A stretch of DNA of 64,000 bases, taken from IMG/VR virus record IMGVR_UViG_3300045988_137393; one strand, written 5' to 3'. Every line of letters starts with the position of its first letter. Position 1 is the first letter of the stretch. Shown here piece after piece: positions 10,721-17,901 of this stretch. The notes below the pieces were generated by a model. That model made no database searches. It saw only the letters and a list, made by a program, of their open reading frames with translations, and had not been told where the DNA came from. A program made the position numbers and the translations under genes. The stretch is from a virus.

Positions 10721-11243
10721 CAAATATAAGTATACAGATAAGGAAATGGAAGAGTTAATATCTTCCATTACAATCCTTATTGACACAAGGGAGAAAGTCA
10801 ATTCCCACATTACAGATTACTTTGATCGAAAAGGAATTTCATATAAAAAGAAAGCACTCGATTATGGAGATTATTCGTTCATGATTCCTGCAAATGAGAA
10901 GTTATCCATACCTCGTGATTTGTATTTTAATACAACATGTGTCATTGAGAGAAAAGCTAGTCTTGAAGAGATAAGTAATAATCTGACAAAAGAGCGTGAA
11001 AGATTTGAAAAAGAATTATGTCTTGCACCAAGAACTAAAGTTCTGTTGATTGAAAACGCTTCTTATGAAGATATTGCAACAGGAAATTATGATACAAAGT
11101 ATAATCGGAAATCATTCATTGCATCAATACACAGCTTTTGGTTCAAATATAATATTCCAGTTATGTTCATGCCAAACAATCAATACTCAGGATTATTTAT
11201 TAGGGAGTATTTTGAATATTTCTTAAAGAATTATCTTAGATAG
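10689..11243 (+). CDS. ERCC4/XPF-Mus81-type nuclease domain protein
   Basis: ILIDTREK ... DYGDYSF ... VIERKASLEEI matches the ERCC4 signature (D-x-RE, GDY/F, ERK). The true start may be the internal Met at 10746. Confidence 0.6.
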   Translation: MILRRTKTIFNKYKYTDKEMEELISSITILIDTREKVNSHITDYFDRKGISYKKKALDYGDYSFMIPANEKLSIPRDLYFNTTCVIERKASLEEISNNLTKERERFEKELCLAPRTKVLLIENASYEDIATGNYDTKYNRKSFIASIHSFWFKYNIPVMFMPNNQYSGLFIREYFEYFLKNYLR

Positions 11244-11495
11244 AGAGAATAATACAATAGAGGATTTCTGGAATGCCCATAAATAGGGCGTTTCAGAGAC
11301 TCAAAAAGCCAAGGAAAGACGGATTTCATTCGTTCTGTAACCCTAGTAAAATCAAGGGTTGTAGGGCATGAAATTTTAAAAATCGTCAAAAATTGAGTAA
11401 AATACGGCATTTTTAAGGATTTGCCGAATTTTATAAAAATCAATGCTCTGAAAGCCTTATAAATCAAGGGTTTTGAGCGATTGATTTAAAAATAA
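11244..11495. promoter_or_regulatory. ORF-poor intergenic region with repeated AAATCAA-type motifs (origin or regulatory candidate)
   Basis: Several copies of (t/a)aaatcaa(g/t) occur, e.g. agtaaaatcaagggtt, aaaaatcaatgct and ataaatcaagggtt, plus the hairpin taaatcaa-N13-ttgattta. The 78-aa minus-strand ORF here has no RBS. Confidence 0.3.
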
Positions 11496-11549
11496 GTGAT
11501 TTTTAAGAACCGAAAGAAACCATTATTTCATGTAAAGGTTGAGAGAATA

Positions 11550-11714
11550 ATGAATAGGAATAGGCATTTAATGTATAAATCAATTATAGAAACAAGACCA
11601 TTTTTAGGTGGCATAGGTGTATCGGCAAGATGTCTTAAATGTAAAAGCATGATACAAATGCAACAGTTTAAATGTAAATGCGGTTGTAGCATCAGGTGGG
11701 ATAATAAATGTTAG
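11550..11714 (+). CDS. small Cys-rich protein
   Basis: Internal Met with a ggttgagag RBS-like sequence. Cys pairs CLKC ... CKCGC. Weak call. Confidence 0.3.
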   Translation: MNRNRHLMYKSIIETRPFLGGIGVSARCLKCKSMIQMQQFKCKCGCSIRWDNKC

Positions 11715-11727
11715 AGGAGGATAAGGC

Positions 11728-11919
11728 ATGAATATTATAGAGCAACACGAACCAATAACACCAACTAAAAGATTAACCTGCGATAAATGTGGCTCGATAT
11801 TTGAGTTTAAGAAAAGCGAATGTGATGTAACTGGTCAAATGGGTGTAATGCATGATGGTCTTGGTAGTTACAATATCAAATGTCCAGTATGTAAAAATAG
11901 ACAATACTTTAATTGGTAG
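11728..11919 (+). CDS. small zinc-ribbon protein
   Basis: Strong RBS agaggagg, and CDKCGS ... CPVCKN (two CxxC pairs). Confidence 0.5.
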   Translation: MNIIEQHEPITPTKRLTCDKCGSIFEFKKSECDVTGQMGVMHDGLGSYNIKCPVCKNRQYFNW

Positions 11920-11974
11920 AATCACACAGTAAACTAAACTTTCATCGGGATTAGAAAAATTGGAGGATTTAAGC

Positions 11975-12667
11975 TTGAAATTTGAAAAAACAGAGGTATG
12001 GGGATTTGAACACAGTTTCCGTGGGATGAGAAATCCTAAGAATTCTTGGGATAGAAGTGATAGCGGAAAATTATATTGGGATGGTACTTGGTATCACGAA
12101 GAATTAAAAAATTATTTTACTGAGTATGGAGTTAATTTCTACATCGGAGAAAATGATATGAAACTTGCACAGAATCTTATTAAAGCTGGTTCTGAGCATT
12201 GTAAATTTATGAGAATGATTCATGTAGCTGTAGATACAAATATGCCTAGATACTGGTGGAGTGAGGCTGACACATATCATTTCAATGCAAAGAACAGTTG
12301 TTCGACAATGCATAAGCTACTTAATAACGATGAACCTATTACATTAGATATGTTTGTTGTTTGCGAGGAAGATATGGATTGGTGGAATTATACAGTAAAT
12401 AAATTGGAATCTATGAGATTAGATTATAAGAAAATACAGAGAACAACAAAAGATACAAATGAAATGAATCGTCTTCTTATTAGGGCAAAGCGTATGTTAC
12501 CTGAAGGATTTGAACAAATGAGAACATGGGATACAAATTATGCAGAGCTTCGCAATATGTATTTTCAGCGTAGACATCATAGACTCAAAGAAGAATGGGT
12601 TGATACATTTTGTAGATGGGTAGAGTCACTTCCGTATGCAGAAGAGTTGATTATGTATGAGGGTTAG
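11975..12667 (+). CDS. ThyX-like (flavin-dependent thymidylate synthase fold) protein lacking the canonical RHR motif
   Basis: MPRYWWSEADTYHFNAKNSCSTMHKL aligns by pattern to the ThyX block P-x5-Q-x2-RHR-x3-N-x2-S-x-RY but carries TYH in place of RHR. The C-terminal TNYAELRNMYFQRRHHRLKEEW resembles the ThyX N-x-R-x-L ... R ... E-I/W block. Start is taken as the TTG 8 nt after ggagg; the track start is 11960. Confidence 0.45.
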   Translation: MKFEKTEVWGFEHSFRGMRNPKNSWDRSDSGKLYWDGTWYHEELKNYFTEYGVNFYIGENDMKLAQNLIKAGSEHCKFMRMIHVAVDTNMPRYWWSEADTYHFNAKNSCSTMHKLLNNDEPITLDMFVVCEEDMDWWNYTVNKLESMRLDYKKIQRTTKDTNEMNRLLIRAKRMLPEGFEQMRTWDTNYAELRNMYFQRRHHRLKEEWVDTFCRWVESLPYAEELIMYEG

Positions 12668-12688
12668 AAATGTTCATTTTGATAGGAG

Positions 12689-12946
12689 GTGATTAAAATA
12701 AGAAATCCAGAAAAATTAGACTCATTTTACTCGCAGTTATGTGAGATACACAAGAGGTCATTTCCAGATATGCGACCAGGACAATTCTTGTTAAATACTC
12801 TTGGATATATCAATAGTACATTACATAGAGATCCGTTCTTCCCTGAATCAGATGAATTAATAGAATTATTCAAACAACATGCTAATTCTAAGTCAATGTG
12901 GTATCAAGGATGGAGTTTGTTAAAAAAGGAGAATTCTGATGAATAA
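12689..12946 (+). CDS. hypothetical protein
   Basis: 85-aa ORF, GTG start after ggagg. Confidence 0.4.
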   Translation: MIKIRNPEKLDSFYSQLCEIHKRSFPDMRPGQFLLNTLGYINSTLHRDPFFPESDELIELFKQHANSKSMWYQGWSLLKKENSDE

Positions 12947-13142
12947 ATTTACGAAAATATTCAAAGTTTTATTATGTGTTATTTGTCTTTCACTCATAAC
13001 TATTTCATTATGGACGGGTTTTCTTGCAATAACTGGTGTTATATTGATGAACTTCTTTACTTTAGAAGTTGCTGCTAATATTGCTATTTACATTGCAACA
13101 ATTTTAATACTTATTATTTTTGTGATGATTTTAAAGCCGTGA
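12939..13142 (+). CDS. small membrane protein (two hydrophobic helices)
   Basis: 67 aa, almost entirely hydrophobic (LLCVICLSLITISLW ... IAIYIATILILIIFVMIL). Overlaps the upstream stop. Confidence 0.4.
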   Translation: MNKFTKIFKVLLCVICLSLITISLWTGFLAITGVILMNFFTLEVAANIAIYIATILILIIFVMILKP

Positions 13143-13154
13143 AGGAGGGGTTAA

Positions 13155-14432
13155 ATGGAAGAAGTAATTAAAATTTTCAAACAGATACAAAATACAAGCA
13201 GTACAAATGGTAAGAAAACAATTATTGAAGCCAACAAGGACAATGAGTTATTTAAAAAGTGTTTGGTTTTTCTACTTGATTCAAATGTGGTAACTGGTAT
13301 CAGTGACAAGAAATTAAATAAATTCGTTGGTATGTCAGGGACAGAATTAAACTCTTTTAAAGAAGTTATAAAATACTTATTAGATTTTAATTCAGGTAGT
13401 GATATGGATATTGGAGCTATACAAGGATTTATCGAAAACCAACCAGAAGAATATCATGATTTTTACAAACAGATGGTTACAAAGAAATTTCGTCTTGGTT
13501 GTGATAAAAAAGTTGTAAATAGTGTGATTCATGGTTTGATTCCATCATGGGACGTACAGCAAGCATATCCAATTTCTGAGAAGAATGAACCTAAAGATGG
13601 TGAATGGTTTGCTTTATCCCAAAAACTTAATGGCAATAACTGCGCATATTATAAAGGAAGACTAATTAGTAGACAGGGTAAACCATTTACAGGTCTTGAC
13701 CATATTATTAAAGATATTGAACAATTACCTAAACATGAAAATTATATGTTTAATGGTGAATTGATTCGTAAAAATTATGATAATCTTTCTGATAATGACA
13801 ACTTCCAAATTGGAACTGGTATTATCAATTCTGATGAATCTGACAAATCTTGTATTAAATTCGTAATCTATGAATGTATCCCAAATGAAGAATTTGAAAA
13901 TGGCGAGAGCAAATTAAAATATAAAGCTCGTAGAGAACAAATTTTAAATCCACTAACAACAGCGATTTCTCGTTTAAATACAGATAATCTTGAAGTTGTT
14001 TCTATTATATATGAAGGAAGTGATAAGTCAGTTATTCAACCATTGCTTGATAAAGCTGACAAAGATGGTTGGGAAGGGCTGATGCTCAATAAGGATACCA
14101 AATGGAAAAATAAACGTAATAATGGAATTCTTAAAGTGAAGTCATTTAAACATGCCGATATTCGTTGCACTGATATTGTTGAGGGTGATGGTAAATATAA
14201 AGGAACTCTTGGACTAATTAAATGTGATTACAAAGGATATGAACTCGGTGTAGGATCTGGATTTACTGATGAGCAGAGAAATTACTATTGGAACAATCCT
14301 AATGAGATTATTGGTAAAATTGTGCAGATTAAATTCAAAGGTGAAACAAAGAATAAAAATGGTGGAATTTCGGTTCAGTTCCCTATTTTTGAAATCGTGA
14401 GAAATGACAAATCTGAACCTTCTTATAATTAA
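13155..14432 (+). CDS. ATP-dependent DNA ligase
   Basis: Adenylation motif I variant SQKLNGNNC (KxxG), motif III FNGELI, motif IV WEGLMLNKD and motif V GILKVKSF. RBS gaaggagggg. Confidence 0.8.
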   Translation: MEEVIKIFKQIQNTSSTNGKKTIIEANKDNELFKKCLVFLLDSNVVTGISDKKLNKFVGMSGTELNSFKEVIKYLLDFNSGSDMDIGAIQGFIENQPEEYHDFYKQMVTKKFRLGCDKKVVNSVIHGLIPSWDVQQAYPISEKNEPKDGEWFALSQKLNGNNCAYYKGRLISRQGKPFTGLDHIIKDIEQLPKHENYMFNGELIRKNYDNLSDNDNFQIGTGIINSDESDKSCIKFVIYECIPNEEFENGESKLKYKARREQILNPLTTAISRLNTDNLEVVSIIYEGSDKSVIQPLLDKADKDGWEGLMLNKDTKWKNKRNNGILKVKSFKHADIRCTDIVEGDGKYKGTLGLIKCDYKGYELGVGSGFTDEQRNYYWNNPNEIIGKIVQIKFKGETKNKNGGISVQFPIFEIVRNDKSEPSYN

Positions 14433-14522
14433 CAATTCGCTAAATATTCCCAATTCAAACAGAGAATATACAAATGTAACATATTAATAGCACAAAGGAG
14501 GCAATGTATTTTATTACGAAAA

Positions 14523-15311
14523 ATGACATTTGGAATGGTTGTTCTTGTAGTTCTTGCAACTTCTGTTCCAACAGCACAAGCAGGGGGTTGTAACAAACCT
14601 TGCATAACGGTTACGCCCTGTCTTACGGCAGGGTTTAGCAATCAATTAAACTTATTATCTCAATCAAAAGAAGTAACTAAGTACAAGAAAAAATATGTAA
14701 AAGGTACATATGTGAACATTCGAGAGCAACCAAGCAAGAACTCAGAAGTTATCAAACAAGTTTCGTTTAATGAAAAAGTTATTATCATTGGAAATAAACT
14801 TACGAATGGTGTTTGGTATACTGTCGATCTTGACAACAAAATTGGTTATATTCATAAGGACTATGTATCTGATAAACCAATCAATTACAGAATCTACAAC
14901 GTTCCATGTGTTAAGAATAAGACTTGGATGCCATACACAGCAATTACCAGCAGAGGGAGCAAGCAGTACAAACTTCAACAGATTGCTTATACAGGTGATT
15001 ATGGTATTCGCATGGTAAATGGGAGATATTGTGTGGCTCTTGGTTCACATTTTGGATGTGAGATTGGACAGTATTTTGACTTAATTCTTGCTAATGGTGA
15101 AATAATCCCGTGTATTATGGCTGATCAGAAGGCAAATAAACACACCGATTCTGCGAATATCGTCACAATATCTACAAATTGCTTAAGTGAATTTATTGTA
15201 GACAGACAAGCATTGAACAGAAATGCTAAACGTGATGGTGATATATCTTCTTGCTGCGCAGAATGGAAATCGGTTGTAAAACAAATTAAAGTATATGAAA
15301 AGGTGATCTAA
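14523..15311 (+). CDS. secreted SH3b-domain protein with C-terminal putative cell-wall-active domain
   Basis: Signal-peptide-like MTFGMVVLVVLATSVPTAQAGGC. Bacterial SH3-like GTYVNIREQPSKNSEVIKQVSFNEKVIIIGN...WYTVDLDNKIGYIHKDYV. The C-terminal domain (GSHFGCEIGQYFDLILANGEIIPCIMADQKA) resembles DPBB/3D-type folds, but only loosely. Confidence 0.45.
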   Translation: MTFGMVVLVVLATSVPTAQAGGCNKPCITVTPCLTAGFSNQLNLLSQSKEVTKYKKKYVKGTYVNIREQPSKNSEVIKQVSFNEKVIIIGNKLTNGVWYTVDLDNKIGYIHKDYVSDKPINYRIYNVPCVKNKTWMPYTAITSRGSKQYKLQQIAYTGDYGIRMVNGRYCVALGSHFGCEIGQYFDLILANGEIIPCIMADQKANKHTDSANIVTISTNCLSEFIVDRQALNRNAKRDGDISSCCAEWKSVVKQIKVYEKVI

Positions 15312-15352
15312 TGTTTATTAGTGGGGTTTGTTTTAGAGAGGTGAAAAATTAA

Positions 15353-15607
15353 ATGGAAAGAACATATAAATTAGATTTACAAAGTATCAATGATGCAAAA
15401 GATTTTGTAGTGGCTATAAACAAATTAGATAGCGAAGTTGACGCAAGGTACGGTGTACGTGTTGTCGATGCAAAATCTATGTTTGGCTTGTTAAATATGT
15501 CTCATTGCAAGCCGTTAGAAACAACTATTTATTCTAATGATGAAAATGAGATTAATGAATTTGCTAAAATTTGTAAGAGATATGAGGTAAAAAAGAATGA
15601 CAAATAG
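15353..15607 (+). CDS. HPr/Crh-like phosphocarrier-fold protein lacking the His15 site
   Basis: VVDAKSMFGLLNM matches the Firmicutes HPr/Crh Ser46 region (V-N-x-KS-I-M-G-x-M-S-L). The region equivalent to His15 reads QSINDAKDF, with no His. Size is 84 aa. Confidence 0.5.
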   Translation: MERTYKLDLQSINDAKDFVVAINKLDSEVDARYGVRVVDAKSMFGLLNMSHCKPLETTIYSNDENEINEFAKICKRYEVKKNDK

Positions 15608-16016
15608 AGAGAAATATAAAGAAGAACTTATTGATTTGGCAATAAAAAGAAATATTTTTGCATTAGTAAAAGGAGTCCCAAAGCTATGTAATGAAACATA
15701 TTGTGTAAATTGTGATTATGGTTATCTTAATAAAGATTGTAATTGCGAGAGTAAAAGACAAAATATTTTTAAATTATGGCTAAACAAAGAATATGTCGAG
15801 CCACCTATTGACTGGATTAAAGTTGCAGTAGATACACCAATTTTTGTCAGAGATGAAGAAAGTAAAACATGGGCGAAAAGACATTTTGCGAAATACGAAA
15901 ATGGCAAGATTTATACATGGACAAGTGGAACAACATCTTGGAGTGGGGAAGATGATAGTATGATATCGTGGAAATATGCAAAACTTGCCACAGAGGAGGA
16001 TATGAAGAATGACTAA
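15597..16016 (+). CDS. hypothetical Cys-rich protein
   Basis: 139-aa ORF overlapping the upstream stop. Contains CNETYCVNCDYGYLNKDCNC. Confidence 0.4.
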   Translation: MTNREKYKEELIDLAIKRNIFALVKGVPKLCNETYCVNCDYGYLNKDCNCESKRQNIFKLWLNKEYVEPPIDWIKVAVDTPIFVRDEESKTWAKRHFAKYENGKIYTWTSGTTSWSGEDDSMISWKYAKLATEEDMKND

Positions 16017-16140
16017 TTATTCACAGGTATTAGAGTTAGATGAAATTACATTAGAAGATTGCATGAATTTATTCAAATGTGGCAAAACAACACTAATTGA
16101 AGATGGTAGGATTACAAATATTTTGGAAGAAGGTGATTGA
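16009..16140 (+). CDS. small hypothetical protein (43 aa)
   Basis: ATG at 16009 overlaps the previous stop, and the ORF ends at 16140, overlapping the next start. It fills an otherwise empty gap. Below the ORF-track size cutoff. Confidence 0.25.
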   Translation: MTNYSQVLELDEITLEDCMNLFKCGKTTLIEDGRITNILEEGD

Positions 16141-16709
16141 TTATACTCTGTTTAATTGGCAAAAGCGCAAGTGGTAAAACATTTGTGCGAGATAAATTAG
16201 TAAAAGAACATGGTTATAAAAGTCTGGTGACATTTACATCTCGACCACCACGAAAAGGTGAGAAACAAGATATTACATATCATTTTATTCCCCAAGAAGA
16301 TTTTGAACAGAAAATTGAAGAAGGATTTTTTGCAGAATGGAAGAAATATGATACTGAGCAAGGTGTTTGGTATTATGGTACTGCATTAGCGGATTGTTAT
16401 GACGCAGACGATGATACCGTAGTGATTCTTACGCCTGATGGTGTGAGAGATTTGCAAGCAATAGAGATTCATATGGCTGTCATCTACTTATATAGTAATT
16501 TAAACACGATTAAACAGAGATTGTCTATTCGTGGCGATAACCAAAAAGAAGTTGAAAGGCGTATGAAAGCTGATATTAAAGATTTTAATGGTGCTGAAAT
16601 GTTGGCTGATAGAATTGTATATAACAATTTATCTGATGATATTGAGGATGTTATCAGTAATGTTGACTATTGGTATAAAAAAATTTTAAAGGAGAAAGCA
16701 GATGAGTAA
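16137..16709 (+). CDS. guanylate kinase-like nucleoside monophosphate kinase
   Basis: P-loop IGKSASGKT followed by FTSRPPRKGEKQDITYHF, which matches the guanylate kinase TTRxPRxGExxGxxYxF signature. Confidence 0.7.
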   Translation: MIILCLIGKSASGKTFVRDKLVKEHGYKSLVTFTSRPPRKGEKQDITYHFIPQEDFEQKIEEGFFAEWKKYDTEQGVWYYGTALADCYDADDDTVVILTPDGVRDLQAIEIHMAVIYLYSNLNTIKQRLSIRGDNQKEVERRMKADIKDFNGAEMLADRIVYNNLSDDIEDVISNVDYWYKKILKEKADE

Positions 16710-17181
16710 TAAATTAACTATTTACTTGACTGGACGTATGGGTGGTCTTACAAAAACTGAATATGACACATGGCGAGAAGTTTTAAGGAAGAAACTTGAA
16801 ATAGCAGCAGAATGTTGTAACTCAATGATTCAAGTCATCAATCCTGCTGATTACTTTGACTTTGATAACATGGATGGTCACACAGATAAGGAAATTATGC
16901 AGTTTGATCTCAATATGATACGTCAAAGCGATATTGTGATTGCGAACATTAATGGTATCAATGAAAGTATCGGAACAGCAATCGAGGTTTATGAAGCAAA
17001 TAGATTAAATATCCCTGTTATTACATATGCAAACGTGCCAGAAATATTAGAACACAAAAGAAATAATGCTATTTTTGACAAGACTCACCCTTGGATCAAG
17101 GAATGTTTGACAACGAATCTAATGTTTCATGCTGATGATGTTGTGCAGTATGTGAAGGATTTTTATATGGTTAGATATTAG
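16702..17181 (+). CDS. nucleoside 2-deoxyribosyltransferase-like protein
   Basis: N-terminal IYLTGRMGG and catalytic-Glu block SIGTAIEVYEA, typical of the family. 159 aa. Confidence 0.55.
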   Translation: MSNKLTIYLTGRMGGLTKTEYDTWREVLRKKLEIAAECCNSMIQVINPADYFDFDNMDGHTDKEIMQFDLNMIRQSDIVIANINGINESIGTAIEVYEANRLNIPVITYANVPEILEHKRNNAIFDKTHPWIKECLTTNLMFHADDVVQYVKDFYMVRY

Positions 17182-17189
17182 GAAAGGAA

Positions 17190-17375
17190 GTGATTGAGAT
17201 ATACACAGGATATATGAGTTGTCGAAGTCTTGCTGATGCGTTATATGATAAAGACAATTTCGTAACAGTTCAAGTTGGAGACAGAGAATATTATATTAGA
17301 ACGGTTAAGCAGAAACGAACCCATGCAAATTTAGATGATTCAGTGACACACACGGTTCTAGTTTGTGAAGAATAG
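17190..17375 (+). CDS. hypothetical protein
   Basis: 61-aa ORF with GTG start after aggaaaggaag. Confidence 0.3.
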   Translation: MIEIYTGYMSCRSLADALYDKDNFVTVQVGDREYYIRTVKQKRTHANLDDSVTHTVLVCEE

Positions 17376-17388
17376 ATTGGAGGTAATT

Positions 17389-17544
17389 ATGCCAGATATG
17401 ACGTTATGCAGCAGTTTACATTGTCCAGTAAAAGGAGATTGTTTTCGTGCCACCGCAAAACCAAATCCAGTGAAACAGAGTTATTATAATTTTGAATATA
17501 CTTGTCACGAGGATAATGACTTTGCAGATTTTATTAAAAAATGA
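17389..17544 (+). CDS. small Cys-containing protein (51 aa)
   Basis: ATG 7 nt after ggaggt. Translated by hand as MPDMTLCSSLHCPVKGDCF... Not in the track because it is under 60 aa. Confidence 0.35.
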   Translation: MPDMTLCSSLHCPVKGDCFRATAKPNPVKQSYYNFEYTCHEDNDFADFIKK

Positions 17545-17593
17545 AAAGAAAGAAATGTTGATTTCTTATAGAATCGAGAAAGGAGAATAATAT

Positions 17594-17767
17594 ATGTGTT
17601 TAACAGTAAAAGAAGTAAAAGAAATTTTGGACGGAATGCGTGATGATGCATTGGTTTTAGCAGATAAAGAGCTTGAGGGCGATGCCGCACATGAACTAAC
17701 TGCTTATGAATATCCATCTGGCGATAAAAAGGATTGGAATTTTGTAATTTTAACGTGGGAGAAATAG
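17594..17767 (+). CDS. small hypothetical protein (57 aa)
   Basis: ATG after gaaaggaga. Frame checked by hand through to the TAG at 17765-17767. Confidence 0.35.
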   Translation: MCLTVKEVKEILDGMRDDALVLADKELEGDAAHELTAYEYPSGDKKDWNFVILTWEK

Positions 17768-17901
17768 GAAGAAGATAAAATGAAATTCAATATTATAGAT
17801 TGTATAGAATTTGAGATTGATTGGAAAGCTGTAGCAGCGATTGCGGCATGTGTACTTGGTTATGCAATCATAACAGTAATTTAGAAAGGAGATTTTACAT
17901 A

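Noticed and set aside
11231-11467. 78-aa minus-strand ORF in the 11.2-11.5 kb gap.
   Set aside because: It has no RBS, runs opposite to the whole operon, and its reading frame runs through repeated motifs and hairpins. It is treated as non-coding.
14504-14596. 30-codon Cys-rich peptide (MYFITKNDIWNGCSCSSCNFCSNSTSRGL) starting 2 nt after a GGAGG.
   Set aside because: The SD-to-ATG spacing of 2 nt is too short. The frame overlaps the signal peptide of the 262-aa ORF, which has clear domain content.
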